This document shows, in pieces, positions 9,734-20,729 of a DNA stretch of 64,000 nt. How positions within the stretch are numbered: position 1 is the first letter of the stretch; every line of letters starts with the position of its first letter. Source of the stretch: an uncultured Acidobacteriota bacterium (GTDB lineage Bacteria > Acidobacteriota > Thermoanaerobaculia > Gp7-AA8); assembly GCA_963741955.1 (NCBI GenBank), contig CAVUKB010000007.1, positions 960,001 to 1,024,000 on the forward strand, read 5' to 3'. The translations under genes and the position numbers were made by a program. The notes below the pieces were generated by a model. That model was given only the letters and a program-made list of their open reading frames with translations. It was not told the DNA's origin and made no database searches.

Positions 9734-11455
9734 ATGAGCTCGCGCAGAAATTGGGTTCTCTTCGTCTCGGTCACGTTGTTCGTCCTGTTCGGCACCCCGG
9801 TATTCGCCGGCTTCTCGGGAACCGACCTGATTCTCCCCGCCGCGGGGCGCGTCCTCGGGGCAGGAGGTTCGGAGTTCCTCACCACGGGGTGGGTGACGAA
9901 CCCAAACGACGAGGCCGTCGACGTGCAGTACCAGTTCCTCGAAGCGGGCCAGGCAAATCCCAACCCGGTCACGGTGACCGACACCTTGAGCGCGGGGCAG
10001 ACGAAGACCTACGAGAACCTCGCGGAGACGCTCTTCGGCAGGAACGGCGTCCTCGGCGCGGTGAGGGTACGGTCGTCCGCGCGGATCCTCGCCTCTGCGC
10101 GCATCTACAGTCAGGCGCCCGGGGCCACGATCGCGAACACCAACGGCGCCTACTTTGCGGCGGTGCCGTCGAGCTTCGCCATCGGTCAGGGCGAACAGGC
10201 GTCGCTCCAGGGGGTCAGCCAGACCGCCGACTTCCGCTACAACTTCTTGATGGTGGAAGTGAGCGGAGTGCAGACCCTCGTGCAGGTTCGTCTGCGAGAC
10301 GGTGCTGGAGGGGAGCTGGCAACGAAGACCTACTCGCTGCGCCCCTGGGAGCAGATGCTCGTGAGCACGAGCGATCTCGCGCCCGGGATCATGGTGGACG
10401 GCGGCCGGATCGATGCGACGGTGGTAAGCGATCAAGGGCGCGCCATCCTCGCAGGATCGCTCGTCGCCAACGGCAGCCAGGACGCCACGGGGTTCGAGAT
10501 GAGCTTCAAGAGCGATCTGCTCGCTGAGAACGCACAGCGCGTCGTCTCGCTCAACGATCTGAGCGGCGTGCTCACGCTGACGGGAGGCCCCGGCGTCACG
10601 ATCACGCCGTCGGGAAGCAACATCAACATTGATGCGACCGGGGCGATCGGCCCGATGGGTCCCAGGGGACCGGCGGGACCAACGGGAGCTACGGGAGCGA
10701 CGGGTCCCATTGGACCCGCCGGAGCGATTGGACCGGCAGGTCCGGCAGGTCCGGTAGGAGCTACAGGAGCGACGGGTCCCATTGGACCAGCCGGAGCGAT
10801 TGGCCCGGCAGGCCCGGCAGGCCCGGCAGGGGCTACAGGAGCGACAGGTCCAGCGGGCCCGGCAGGCCCGGTAGGGGCCACAGGGGCGACAGGTCCTATC
10901 GGACCCACCGGCGCCACGGGACCGATCGGACCCACGGGTGCAACGGGCGCAACAGGTGCAACGGGACCCACCGGGGCAACCGGCGCCACGGGACCCATCG
11001 GACCCGCCGGGCCCGCCGGGGCCAACGGACTCATCGACTTCGCGCAGTTCTATGCGCTGATGCCTCCCGACAATGCCGCACCCGTTGCCCCTGGTACAGC
11101 TGTAGGATTTCCACAGGATGGGCCCAGCAGCGGCTCCGGGGTCATCGCCCGGATCAGTAGTTCCTCGTTCAATCTGGCCAGCATCGGGGTCTATCAGATT
11201 CAGTTTCTCGTGAGTGTGAGTGAGCCCGGACAGTTCGTGGTGACTTTGAACGGCGTCGAGCTCCCGTACACGGTCTTCGGCCGCGCGACGGGCACGAGCC
11301 AGATTGCAGGAAGCTGTCTCGTGGAGACGAGCGCGATCAACTCCATACTCACCATCCAAAACCCGGTGGGAAGCAGCACGGCGCTGACCGTTACACCGGT
11401 TGCCGGTGGAGTCGATCCTGCTGCCGCAAGTCTCGTGATCACACAGATCAAGTGA
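9734..11455 (+). CDS. Exported collagen-like protein with a BclA/C1q-like C-terminal domain
   Basis: AAGGAG RBS and signal peptide. About 43 uninterrupted G-X-Y triplets (10640-11029). Beta-rich C-terminus [23 protein letters not shown]...ASLVITQIK. Confidence 0.85.
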   Translation: MSSRRNWVLFVSVTLFVLFGTPVFAGFSGTDLILPAAGRVLGAGGSEFLTTGWVTNPNDEAVDVQYQFLEAGQANPNPVTVTDTLSAGQTKTYENLAETLFGRNGVLGAVRVRSSARILASARIYSQAPGATIANTNGAYFAAVPSSFAIGQGEQASLQGVSQTADFRYNFLMVEVSGVQTLVQVRLRDGAGGELATKTYSLRPWEQMLVSTSDLAPGIMVDGGRIDATVVSDQGRAILAGSLVANGSQDATGFEMSFKSDLLAENAQRVVSLNDLSGVLTLTGGPGVTITPSGSNINIDATGAIGPMGPRGPAGPTGATGATGPIGPAGAIGPAGPAGPVGATGATGPIGPAGAIGPAGPAGPAGATGATGPAGPAGPVGATGATGPIGPTGATGPIGPTGATGATGATGPTGATGATGPIGPAGPAGANGLIDFAQFYALMPPDNAAPVAPGTAVGFPQDGPSSGSGVIARISSSSFNLASIGVYQIQFLVSVSEPGQFVVTLNGVELPYTVFGRATGTSQIAGSCLVETSAINSILTIQNPVGSSTALTVTPVAGGVDPAAASLVITQIK

Positions 11456-11493
11456 CTGTTTGTCGTCGATGATCGCCTGGCGATCTCGTACGG

Positions 11494-11612
11494 GTGGCCG
11501 ACCTTTCAAGGACCACGGTCTGCCATCCGGACCGTGGATCGATCCGCTCACGCGGCTCGACCCGCGAGTCGGGGCTCCCAAAGTTCGGTAAACCGAGCGT
11601 GACGCGCGAGTG
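11494..11612. repeat. Partial direct copy of the 238-bp repeat
   Basis: gtggccgacctttcaaggaccacgg...ctcccaaagttcggtaaaccgagcgtgacgcgcgagtggg matches 9236-9356 and 9474-9592. Confidence 0.85.
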
Positions 11613-11657
11613 GGGCCTCTCGAGCCAGACGTCGCCACTGTCCGACGTCCTCGCAGG

Positions 11658-12127
11658 AAGGCTTCGCTTCTGCCGGAGGGATGGTCTCGATCCGATCTGA
11701 ACACGACTGTCGAGGCGGATCAGAGGATCCGCGCCCCTCGGCGGCGTTCGTTTTGGGGTGCGAATCCTCCGATTCGCCGCGTAGACCTTGTTAGATACGA
11801 TGAAGACGGCGGCTGCGGCTGGACGCGGAGCGTTCGAGGTCATCGCGGAAAGGCTTCGCTTCTGCCGGAGGGATGGTCTCGATCCGATCTGAACACGACT
11901 GTCGAGGCGGATCAGAGGATCCGCGCCCCCTCGGCGACGTTCGTTTTGGGGTGCGAATCCTCCGATTCGCCGCGTAGATCTTGATAGATACGATGAAGAC
12001 GGCGGCTGCGGCTGGACGCGGAGCGTTCGAGGTCATCGCAGGAAGGCTTCGCGATTGCCCGGATCGTGGTGATACGACTGCCGCGCCTGAGCCGCGCTCG
12101 GCGCGGCGGATTACAAATCCGCACTCC
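11658..12127. repeat. Tandem REPIN-like array (192-193-bp period, 2 copies) plus a terminal REP copy
   Basis: aaggcttcgc at 11658, 11850 and 12043. Each unit carries gcggatcagaggatccgc and ggggtgcgaatcctccgattcgccgcg, the same family as 1162-1330. Confidence 0.9.
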
Positions 12128-12168
12128 AGAGGGATGCGACCTGGACGATCGTACCAACTCGATTCACT

Positions 12169-15100
12169 CTACTTCGATGAGGTCTTCTCCTCGGTCACGA
12201 TCAGCGCGGGGATCTTCGCTTCCGCTGCCATCGCGTTGAACGCGGGAAGGTCCGTCTTCCACACCGCGTCGATCTTCGCCAGCTCCGCGTCGATCTTCTG
12301 GTCGATCTCCTTCTTCACCGCGATCTGCTGCGCCGTCGGGGCGTTGTCTCCGACCGCAGCCGACGATCCGACTTCCGCGAGCTTGTTGTTCAACTTGATC
12401 GGGAAGTTCAGCGGATCTTCTTCCGCCTTGTTCTTCGTCTGGTACAGAGCTTCTTCCACCGCAGTCATCTTCTTGTCGATGTCCTTCGCCGTGTCGAGGA
12501 GCTTCTTCGCATCCTCGCGACCGGCGAGCCTCGTCTTCAGCTCGTCGAGCTGCGCGCGCACTTCGCGGATCTTCTTCACCGTGTCGTTCACGGTGGAGAG
12601 TCTGTTGCGCACGTCCATGAGAAACGCGAACTGCGCCTCGAGGTCCGCCTGCGTCGCGGACGAGCGCGGATCGGCAACCACCGTGAACGGCGCAGTGGCG
12701 GTCTTGTCGCCCACCGTGAGTCGCGCGGTATACGTCCCGGGGACGATCTTCGGTCCTTGCGTCTCGCCGCCCCAGAGGATCATTCCCTTGAACTCGTCGG
12801 CGTCCGGATAACGGAGATTCCAGACGAAACGGTTCATCCCCGGCACCACGTCCTTCAGTTTGTCCTTCTCTTTCTCTCCCGTCACGACGTGCCCTTCCTT
12901 CTCCCCGGGCACCGCCGCCTCGGCTTCTTCGCCCTTCTCCGCGGCGGCGGCCGCGGGAGACGGCGTTCCGTTCCCCATCGCCACCGCGACTTCCTTCGGC
13001 GCCTTCTCTCCTGCTTTGCCGCTGAATTCGCGGATCGCCTTGCCGTCCTGGTCGAGGAACGCGAGCTTCACGTCGGTCCCCTTCTTCACGCCGTCGAGCC
13101 AGTAGTGGACGACGACGCCGTTCGGAGGGTTCGTCCCCTGGTTGTGCGGCGCGCGGTATCCGAACGCCTGAAGCCGGATCGTGGGGTCAGGTGTGAAGAT
13201 GTGCATCGAATCGGCGGCGATCCCGTCGTTCATCTGGCGCAGCACGCCGAGGTCGTCGAGAATCCAGAAGCCGCGCCCCTCGGTGGCGGCGATGAGATCG
13301 TTGCCGTGCACCAGGAGATCGGTGACCGGAGTGATGGGGAGTTTCAGCTGCAACGGCTGCCACTTCGCGCCATCGTCGAACGAGACCCACACCCCTTTCT
13401 CCGTCCCTGCGTAGAGGAGCCCTTTGCGCTTCGGGTCGACGCGCACCACGCGGGTGAACTGATCGCGGTCGATGCCGCCGTCGATGCGGCTCCAGCTCTG
13501 ACCGTAATCAGTGGTCTTGTAGAGATACGGCTGGCCGTCGTCGGACTTGTACATCGTGCCGGCGACGTACGCCGACCCTGCGTCCCACGGGCTCGCGTCG
13601 ATCGCATTGATCATGATCCACTGCGGCATTCCCTTCGGAGTGACGTCGGCCCAGTGGGCGCCGCCGTCGCGGGTGACGTGAATCATGCCGTCGTCGGAAC
13701 CGGCCCAGAGGACCTTCGCATCGAGCGGTGACTCGGCGACCGCGAAGATCGTGCCGTAGTACTCGACGCTGGTGTTGTCCTTCGTGATCGGGCCGCCGGT
13801 CGGTCCCATCTTCGACGTGTCGTTGCGGGTGAGGTCGGGACTGATCTTCGTCCAGCTCGCGCCAGCGTCGCGGGACTCGAGGAGAACCTGCGACGCGGCG
13901 TACAGGACGTTCGGATCGTGCTTCGACGTGAGGATGGGGAAGTTCCACTGGAACCGATGCGCGAGATCCGCGTCGCCCCACCCCATCGGATTGTCGGGCC
14001 ACGGGTTGATGTCGCGCACCTCGCCGGTGCGATGGTTGAGCCGGATCAGGAGTCCGCCGTACGAGCCGCCGTAGACGACGTCGGGATCGTCCGGTTTGGC
14101 GACGATGTAGCCGCTCTCGCCGCCGGCGGTCGGCTCCCAGTCGTCCTCACCGATTCCCGGACCGGTGGAGCGGCTGCGGATCCGCAGCGCGCTGTTGTCC
14201 TGCTGCGCGCCGAGGAGCCGGTAGGGGAAGGCGGTGTCGGTGGAGACGCGGTAGATCTGCGCGGTGGGCTGGTTGTCTTCGGTGGTCCAGTTCGCGCCGC
14301 CGTCGACGGTGACGTTCACGCCGCCGTCGTTCGCTTCGATCATCCGGAGCGGGTCGTCGGGGGCGATCCAGAGGTCGTGGTTGTCTCCGTGCCGGGTGCG
14401 GATGGAGCTGAACGTCTTCCCGCCGTCCTTCGATTTGAGGAAGCGGACGTTGACGGCATAGACCGTCTCTTCGTCCTTCGGGTCGGCGAAGACGCGGCTG
14501 TAGTACCAGGCGCGCTGGGTCAGGTCGTGGCTGTCGCTGACCTTCTTCCAGCTCCTGCCTGCATCCTGGGAGCGGAAGAGGCCTCCCTCTTTCGCTTCGA
14601 CGATGGCGTAGAGGTTGTCGTGATTGGTCGGGGAGACGGTGATGCCGATCTTCCCGATCGGACCCTTCGGCATCCCGGGATGTCCGGTGAGGTCGGTCCA
14701 GGTGTCGCCCCCATCGGTGGACTTCCACAGACCTGACCCCTCACCGCCGCTCTCGAAGGAGTACGCGGTGCGGCGGACGCGCCAGGTGGTGGCGTAGAGA
14801 ATGCGGGAGTTGGTGGGATCGAGAATGAGATCGTCCGCACCGGCGTCGGGGCCGACGTAGAGTACGCGCTGCCAGTTCTTTCCGCCGTCTCTGGAGCGGT
14901 AGACGCCGCGCATCGGGTTGGGGCCGAAGAGGTGTCCGATCGCGGCGACGTAGACGAGATCGGGGTCGTGCGGGTCGATGCGGATGCGTCCGATGTGGCG
15001 GGAGTCGTCGAGTCCGACGTGGGTCCACGTCTTCCCGGCGTCGACGGATTTCCACACGCCGCTCCCGGCGGTGACGTTGCCGCGGACGGTCTCCTCGCCG

Positions 15101-15462
15101 GTGCCGGCATAGACGACGTTGGGGTCGGAATCCGCGACGGCGACGGCGCCGATCGAGCCGCCGAAGAAGCCGTCCGAGACGTTCGTCCAGTTCTCGCCGC
15201 CGTCGGTGGTCTTCCAGACCCCGCCGCCGGAAGAGCCGAAGTAGTAGACGTTCGGCTGGGAGGGGAGGCCGGTGACCGCGTCGGCGCGGCCGCCGCGGTA
15301 GGGTCCGATCTCGCGCCACTGGAGCGACTCGAAGAGGGCGGGATCGACGGCGGCTTTGGCGGAGTCCTTCGCGCTCTTCGCCGGGCGCGCGAGCGCGGGA
15401 AGGGCGAGAAGCATCAGGAGGGCGAATGTGGATACGACGGAACGTCGAACGGAAGGCATCAT
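12169..15462 (-). CDS. Secreted BNR/VPS10 (sortilin-like) beta-propeller 'glycosyl hydrolase'
   Basis: Signal peptide, WREIGPYRGGR, many xSxDGGxxW BNR motifs, and a C-terminal coiled coil. AGGAG RBS. Confidence 0.9.
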   Translation of the reverse strand: MMPSVRRSVVSTFALLMLLALPALARPAKSAKDSAKAAVDPALFESLQWREIGPYRGGRADAVTGLPSQPNVYYFGSSGGGVWKTTDGGENWTNVSDGFFGGSIGAVAVADSDPNVVYAGTGEETVRGNVTAGSGVWKSVDAGKTWTHVGLDDSRHIGRIRIDPHDPDLVYVAAIGHLFGPNPMRGVYRSRDGGKNWQRVLYVGPDAGADDLILDPTNSRILYATTWRVRRTAYSFESGGEGSGLWKSTDGGDTWTDLTGHPGMPKGPIGKIGITVSPTNHDNLYAIVEAKEGGLFRSQDAGRSWKKVSDSHDLTQRAWYYSRVFADPKDEETVYAVNVRFLKSKDGGKTFSSIRTRHGDNHDLWIAPDDPLRMIEANDGGVNVTVDGGANWTTEDNQPTAQIYRVSTDTAFPYRLLGAQQDNSALRIRSRSTGPGIGEDDWEPTAGGESGYIVAKPDDPDVVYGGSYGGLLIRLNHRTGEVRDINPWPDNPMGWGDADLAHRFQWNFPILTSKHDPNVLYAASQVLLESRDAGASWTKISPDLTRNDTSKMGPTGGPITKDNTSVEYYGTIFAVAESPLDAKVLWAGSDDGMIHVTRDGGAHWADVTPKGMPQWIMINAIDASPWDAGSAYVAGTMYKSDDGQPYLYKTTDYGQSWSRIDGGIDRDQFTRVVRVDPKRKGLLYAGTEKGVWVSFDDGAKWQPLQLKLPITPVTDLLVHGNDLIAATEGRGFWILDDLGVLRQMNDGIAADSMHIFTPDPTIRLQAFGYRAPHNQGTNPPNGVVVHYWLDGVKKGTDVKLAFLDQDGKAIREFSGKAGEKAPKEVAVAMGNGTPSPAAAAAEKGEEAEAAVPGEKEGHVVTGEKEKDKLKDVVPGMNRFVWNLRYPDADEFKGMILWGGETQGPKIVPGTYTARLTVGDKTATAPFTVVADPRSSATQADLEAQFAFLMDVRNRLSTVNDTVKKIREVRAQLDELKTRLAGREDAKKLLDTAKDIDKKMTAVEEALYQTKNKAEEDPLNFPIKLNNKLAEVGSSAAVGDNAPTAQQIAVKKEIDQKIDAELAKIDAVWKTDLPAFNAMAAEAKIPALIVTEEKTSSK

Positions 15463-15875
15463 CGGAATCTCCTGCGCGGTTCGGTGTCGGCGGCGTGAAC
15501 CGCGCTCGACACTATACCGCGTGCGAATCATCCGGTTTCCGATTTTAGGTTCACGCCGGAGATCCGTGCGTTCCGCTGTCGACGCGGAGTCGAAATTCCC
15601 GCAGGTCGCGCGAGCACACGGTGCTGCGTATGGGGAACGTGAGCCGGCTCGCGAGGCTCAGTCGTCGGTGTCGCCGATTTCAGCGGCGCGGCGGAAGACG
15701 TCTCGTATTTCATTCGCGCGCGACGCTGCACGATGGGTCTCCCCGCGGTCGACACCGTTCTGTTGAACTGCGGACGGCGCGTGATACGCTCTTCGTTTCA
15801 TCCCATGCCCGACTCCCGCCGGCGGATCCCCGTTCGGCACCGGATCGTGCTGAGTGCAGTTCCGCGGAGGTCTCG

Positions 15876-18800
15876 ATGAACATCAGGCTCAACTCGCCGC
15901 TGATCCGAACTCTGACGCTCGTGACCTTCGCGCTCACGGTTGGGGCGACCGCCCGCGCTGAAGCTCCATACTTCAGCAAGGCCTTTTCGCCTCAGGTCAT
16001 CGGGCCGGGAAGCGTGAGCACGCTGACCTTCACCATCAGTACCGCGGGGGAAGATTTTCCTGCGCCTGCCGACGATCTTGCCTTCACCGATGCGCTTCCT
16101 GCCGGGATGACTCTCGCGGCGCCGGCGATGGCCGGAACCGACTGTGCCGGAGGGGCGGTGAGTGCCCCCGACGGCGGATCGACGATCGGCTTCTCCGGTG
16201 GCCGGCTCGGGGTGGGGCTTCAGTGTCACGTCTGGGCCAACGTCACCGCTTCGACAGCCGGCACCTATACCAACGTGTCCGCCTCTCTGACGTCGGATCA
16301 GGGTGACAGCGGGACTGCCGCGGCGGACCTTACGGTGAGCTCGAGCCTCCCCCGATTCACCAAGGACTTTTCCCCTTCGACCGTGACCTTGAACCACGCC
16401 TCGACCCTGACGTTCACCATCGACGACTCCGCGATCCCGGCGTTCGTTGTCAGTCTCGGTTTTACGGACAATCTTCCGGCCGGTCTCCAGGTGGCCAGTC
16501 CGGCCAACGTCGTGAACACGTGCGGAGGCGCCGTCACCGCCACGGCCGGATCGAGCAGCATCTCTTTCGCAGGGGGATTTCTCGCCGCCAATGCGATCTG
16601 TTCGATCGCCGTGGACGTGATCCCGGTGCTCGCCGGGCAGATGGACAACGTGACCAGCGCCCTCACTTCGACCGCTGGAAATGGCGGAAAGGCATCGGCG
16701 TCGCTGCAGGTGCAGCAGAACGTTCTGGTCAAGGCGTTCACCGACGATCCGGTCGCGCCCGGAACGATGGGAACTCTGCAGTTCACGGTGACGAACTTCA
16801 ATCGATCCGACGCGATGAGCGGCGTTGCGTTCACGGACGATCTCGACGCGGCACTGAGTGGAATGGCTGCCGTCGGTCTCCCGCAGAACGACGTCTGCGG
16901 AGCGGGTTCCTCGCTCAGCGGCACCAGTCTGGTCAGTCTCACCGGGGGAACTCTCGGTGCAGGCGAATCCTGCACGTTCAGCGTGCCGTTCCAGGTGCCT
17001 GCTTCGACGAGCGCCGGAAGCTACGTGAATACCACCAGCTCCGTGTCGTACACAGTGGGGGGCGTGGGGCAGACGGGTCCCCCCGGATCCGATACGCTGC
17101 AGGTCGTCGCTTATCCATTGCTGACCAAGACGTTCACCGACGATCCGGTGGCTGCCGGCGGGACGGCGACGATGGAGTTCACGATCACCAATTCCGACCC
17201 GACGAATGCCGCCAGCGCGATCACGTTCACCGACAATCTGGCGAACATGCTCGCGGGAACGACCATCAATATGCTTCCCGCATCCGGGTTCTGTGGTGGC
17301 GGCTCGACCGCCATCCAGTACTCGCCGGCACCTGGAGAGTTCGGGCTGTTGGTGCAGGGCGCCTCGCTTCCGGCAGGAGGGAGTTGCACGTTCGATGTGG
17401 TTCTGAACGTTCCCGCAGGTGCAACGGCGGGAACGTACACGAACACGACCGCCCCGATCACGGCGACGGTCAACGCCACCAGCGTGACCGGCAAATCGGC
17501 CAGTGACGACCTCGTCGTCGCCTCGGCACCGCTGCTGAGGAAGAATTTCATCGACGATCCGGTCGAAGCCGGCAACACGGGAACCCTTCGGTTCACGCTC
17601 ACCGCGAACGCGAACGCGACGGGGAGCGTGACCGGAATCGGCTTCACCGACGACCTCGACGCCACCCTCTCCGGACTGGTGTCGACCGGCTTGCCTGTCG
17701 ACGGGTTCTGCGGCGCGGGTTCGACGTTGACCGGGACGTCGGTTCTGACGATGTCGGGCGGCATGCTGGCTCCCGGCGAGACGTGTACGTTCGACGTCGT
17801 GTTTCAGGTCCCCGCGGCTGCCTCGCCTGGAAGCTACACGAACACGACCAGCACCGTCAGTGCGATCGAGCTCGGTCTGCCGGTCACTGGAGCCGCCGCC
17901 AGCGACAGCCTGGTCGTGAGCAGACTTCAACTCACGAAGACGTTCGTCGGCGACCCGGTCGCCGCAGGAAGCAGCGTGGTGCTTCATTTCGACCTGACCA
18001 ACCAGAGCTCTCTCGGCGATTACACCAACATCGCTTTCACGGACAATCTCAGCTCCGCTCTCGCCGGACTGACGGCCACGGGGCTCCCGCTCAACGACGT
18101 CTGCGGTGTCGGCTCACAGATCACCGGCACCACCACTCTCGTATTCACCGGCGGCTCCGTCCCCGCTGGGAGCAGCTGTTCGTTCGACGTACCGCTGCAG
18201 GTGCCCGCGGCCGCCAGTGCCGGCGACTATTTCAACACCACCAGTGCCGTTGCCGCGGACTTCAATGCCAATCCTCAGACACTTTCGCCGGCGTCGGACG
18301 TTCTCTCGATCCGCGATCCGCTGACGCTGATGAAGGAATTCACGGACGACCCGGTCGCGCCGGGGGACACCGTCACGCTGCAGTTCACCATCTACGACAA
18401 CGTGGCCCAACCGGCGACCGGTATCAGCTTTACCGACGATCTCGACGCCGCGCTCTCAGGACTGGTCGCGGTCGGACTGCCGATGAACGACGTCTGCGGC
18501 GCGGGGTCGGTCCTGAGCGGAACCAGCGTGATCTCCCTGACCGGCGGCAATCTGCCGGCTTCCGGCACGTGCACGTTCCAGCTCACGCTTCAGGTTCCCG
18601 CGTCGGTTCCCGCGGGAACGTCTCCGGTCAACACCACCAGCCAGATCAGCGGGACGGTGGGCGGGAATTCATTCTCCGGTGCAGCGGCCTCGGACACGCT
18701 TCTCCTCGACTTCATCACGTTCGGTAAGGCGTTCGCCGGCGCCATCGGTGCAGGAGGAACGGTCGATCTGACGTTCACCATCGACAATCTCGATCCCTCG

Positions 18801-20729
18801 AATCCGGTCAGCGCCCTGAGTTTCACCGACGACCTCGGCGCGATGCTCAGCGGAGCCGTTGCGGTGGGACTCCCGATGAGCGACGCCTGCGGCGCAGGCT
18901 CGACGCTCTCCGGAACGTCGGTGCTGACACTGACCGGCGGCTCACTCGCCGCCGGTGGGACCTGCACCATCACCGTTCCGGTCCAGATTCCGGCGGCAGC
19001 GGCTCTCGGACCGTACACCAATACGAGCAGTGAGTTGCAGAGCGCGGGACTTCACGTGGCGGCACCCGCCACGGCGGTCCTCACCATCGAGCCGCCCCCG
19101 CTGTTCAGCAAGAGCTTCGCTCCCGCATCGATCCTGCCGGGCCAGCCGAGCACCCTGACGTTCACGATCGACGACTCGGCTGCCACAAACGCGGCCGGCG
19201 CCCTCGATTTCTCCGATGCTCTCCCTGCGGGCCTGACCGTCGCCACGCCGGCGAACGCTTCCACGACCTGCACCGGAGGAACTCTGACCGCAGCGTCGGG
19301 GAGCGGCTCGGTGAACTATGCCGGAGGGAGCGTCGCGGCGGGGTCGTCGTGCACTGTGCAGGTCGACGTCACCGCGAGCGCTGCCGGGTCGTACACGAAC
19401 GTCTCGGGTCCGCTCACCTCGTCATTCGGATCGAGTGGCACGGCGACGGCGAGCCTCCTCGTCTCGGAGGTCACGTTCGCGAAGTCATTCGTTCCCGGAC
19501 TCGCCCATGCCGGCGACACGATCCAGATGTCGTTCACTCTGACCAATCTCGATCCAGGCAACGCCGTTGCGAATCTCTCGTTCGGTGACGACCTCAACGC
19601 GATGCTCACTGGCGCGGTGGTCGCGGGTCTGCCGATGAACGACGTCTGCGGCGTCGGGTCGACTCTGTCGGGGACGTCGAACGTGACGCTGACCGGAGGC
19701 TCGCTCGCCGCCGGCGGAAGCTGCATCATCACGGTGCCGGTGCAGGTCCCTGCTGCTGCCGCTCTCGGAACCTACACCAATACCACCAGTGATCTTCTCC
19801 GCAGCGGGGTGCATCTCGCGAATCCCGCGTCGGCGAACCTCATCGTGGCGCTCGTACCGGCGTTCACCAAGACGTTCGCGCCAGCCGTGATCCCTTCGGG
19901 TCAGGTCAGCACCCTGACCTTCACGATCGACAACTCTGCGAGCGGAATTGCCGCGGACAACCTGGAGTTCAGCGATTCATTGCCCGCCGGGATGGTCATT
20001 GCGTCCCCAGCGAATGCCGCCACGACCTGCACTGGCGGGACCCTGACCGCCACCGCGGGGAGCGGCTCCGTGAGCTACAGCGGAGGAAGCGTTGCTGCAG
20101 CCGCGACGTGTACGGTGCAGACCGACGTGACGGCGAGCGGAGCCGGAACGTTCAGCAATACCTCCGGCGCGCTGACCTCGTCGCTCGGGTCGAGCGGCAC
20201 CGCGACGGCGGATCTCATCGTCTCACAGGTGACGTTCACGAAGTCGTTCTCTCCGACCGCCGTCCACCCCGGCGACACGGTGCAGCTCTCGTTCACTCTG
20301 ACCAACCTCGATCCGACCAACGCCGTTTCGGATCTCAGCTTCAGCGACGACCTCGATGCGATGATTCCCGGGCTGGTTGCGACGGGACTCCCGCAGAGCG
20401 ATGTCTGCGGCGCCGGATCACAGCTCAGCGGAACCTCTGTGGTCACCCTGACCGGAGGAACCCTACCCGCCGGCGGCCTCTGCACGTTCGCCCTGAATCT
20501 GGTCGTACCTGCAGGCACCGCCGATGGCACGTATGTCAATCACACCAGCAGCCTGACGTTCCGTGCCGGAGGTTCTCCCGTCGATGCAGGACCGGCGAGC
20601 GTCGCCGCGGCGAACCTGCAGGTCTCGACCGCAGTGATCGGAATTCCGGCTCTGAGCACGCACATGCTTCTACTGCTCGGGCTCCTGATGTCCATGGCTG
20701 CGCTACTGGTGGTGAATTTTCGGAAATGA
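15876..20729 (+). CDS. Large surface protein with 12 Ig-like/DUF11-like repeats and an IPTL-CTERM-type sorting signal
   Basis: GGAGG RBS and signal peptide. 12 units starting xxKxF...TLxFT, with FTDxL and two Cys each. C-terminus IPALSTHMLLLLGLLMSMAALLVVNFRK. Confidence 0.85.
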   Translation: MNIRLNSPLIRTLTLVTFALTVGATARAEAPYFSKAFSPQVIGPGSVSTLTFTISTAGEDFPAPADDLAFTDALPAGMTLAAPAMAGTDCAGGAVSAPDGGSTIGFSGGRLGVGLQCHVWANVTASTAGTYTNVSASLTSDQGDSGTAAADLTVSSSLPRFTKDFSPSTVTLNHASTLTFTIDDSAIPAFVVSLGFTDNLPAGLQVASPANVVNTCGGAVTATAGSSSISFAGGFLAANAICSIAVDVIPVLAGQMDNVTSALTSTAGNGGKASASLQVQQNVLVKAFTDDPVAPGTMGTLQFTVTNFNRSDAMSGVAFTDDLDAALSGMAAVGLPQNDVCGAGSSLSGTSLVSLTGGTLGAGESCTFSVPFQVPASTSAGSYVNTTSSVSYTVGGVGQTGPPGSDTLQVVAYPLLTKTFTDDPVAAGGTATMEFTITNSDPTNAASAITFTDNLANMLAGTTINMLPASGFCGGGSTAIQYSPAPGEFGLLVQGASLPAGGSCTFDVVLNVPAGATAGTYTNTTAPITATVNATSVTGKSASDDLVVASAPLLRKNFIDDPVEAGNTGTLRFTLTANANATGSVTGIGFTDDLDATLSGLVSTGLPVDGFCGAGSTLTGTSVLTMSGGMLAPGETCTFDVVFQVPAAASPGSYTNTTSTVSAIELGLPVTGAAASDSLVVSRLQLTKTFVGDPVAAGSSVVLHFDLTNQSSLGDYTNIAFTDNLSSALAGLTATGLPLNDVCGVGSQITGTTTLVFTGGSVPAGSSCSFDVPLQVPAAASAGDYFNTTSAVAADFNANPQTLSPASDVLSIRDPLTLMKEFTDDPVAPGDTVTLQFTIYDNVAQPATGISFTDDLDAALSGLVAVGLPMNDVCGAGSVLSGTSVISLTGGNLPASGTCTFQLTLQVPASVPAGTSPVNTTSQISGTVGGNSFSGAAASDTLLLDFITFGKAFAGAIGAGGTVDLTFTIDNLDPSNPVSALSFTDDLGAMLSGAVAVGLPMSDACGAGSTLSGTSVLTLTGGSLAAGGTCTITVPVQIPAAAALGPYTNTSSELQSAGLHVAAPATAVLTIEPPPLFSKSFAPASILPGQPSTLTFTIDDSAATNAAGALDFSDALPAGLTVATPANASTTCTGGTLTAASGSGSVNYAGGSVAAGSSCTVQVDVTASAAGSYTNVSGPLTSSFGSSGTATASLLVSEVTFAKSFVPGLAHAGDTIQMSFTLTNLDPGNAVANLSFGDDLNAMLTGAVVAGLPMNDVCGVGSTLSGTSNVTLTGGSLAAGGSCIITVPVQVPAAAALGTYTNTTSDLLRSGVHLANPASANLIVALVPAFTKTFAPAVIPSGQVSTLTFTIDNSASGIAADNLEFSDSLPAGMVIASPANAATTCTGGTLTATAGSGSVSYSGGSVAAAATCTVQTDVTASGAGTFSNTSGALTSSLGSSGTATADLIVSQVTFTKSFSPTAVHPGDTVQLSFTLTNLDPTNAVSDLSFSDDLDAMIPGLVATGLPQSDVCGAGSQLSGTSVVTLTGGTLPAGGLCTFALNLVVPAGTADGTYVNHTSSLTFRAGGSPVDAGPASVAAANLQVSTAVIGIPALSTHMLLLLGLLMSMAALLVVNFRK

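Noticed and set aside
10432-11034. Minus-strand collagen-like ORF (PVAPVGP repeats)
   Set aside because: Mirror of the plus-strand G-X-Y repeat; no RBS or signal peptide.
9022-12127. CRISPR array
   Set aside because: Units are 238 bp and ~192 bp, near-identical along their length with no unique spacers, and no cas genes are present.
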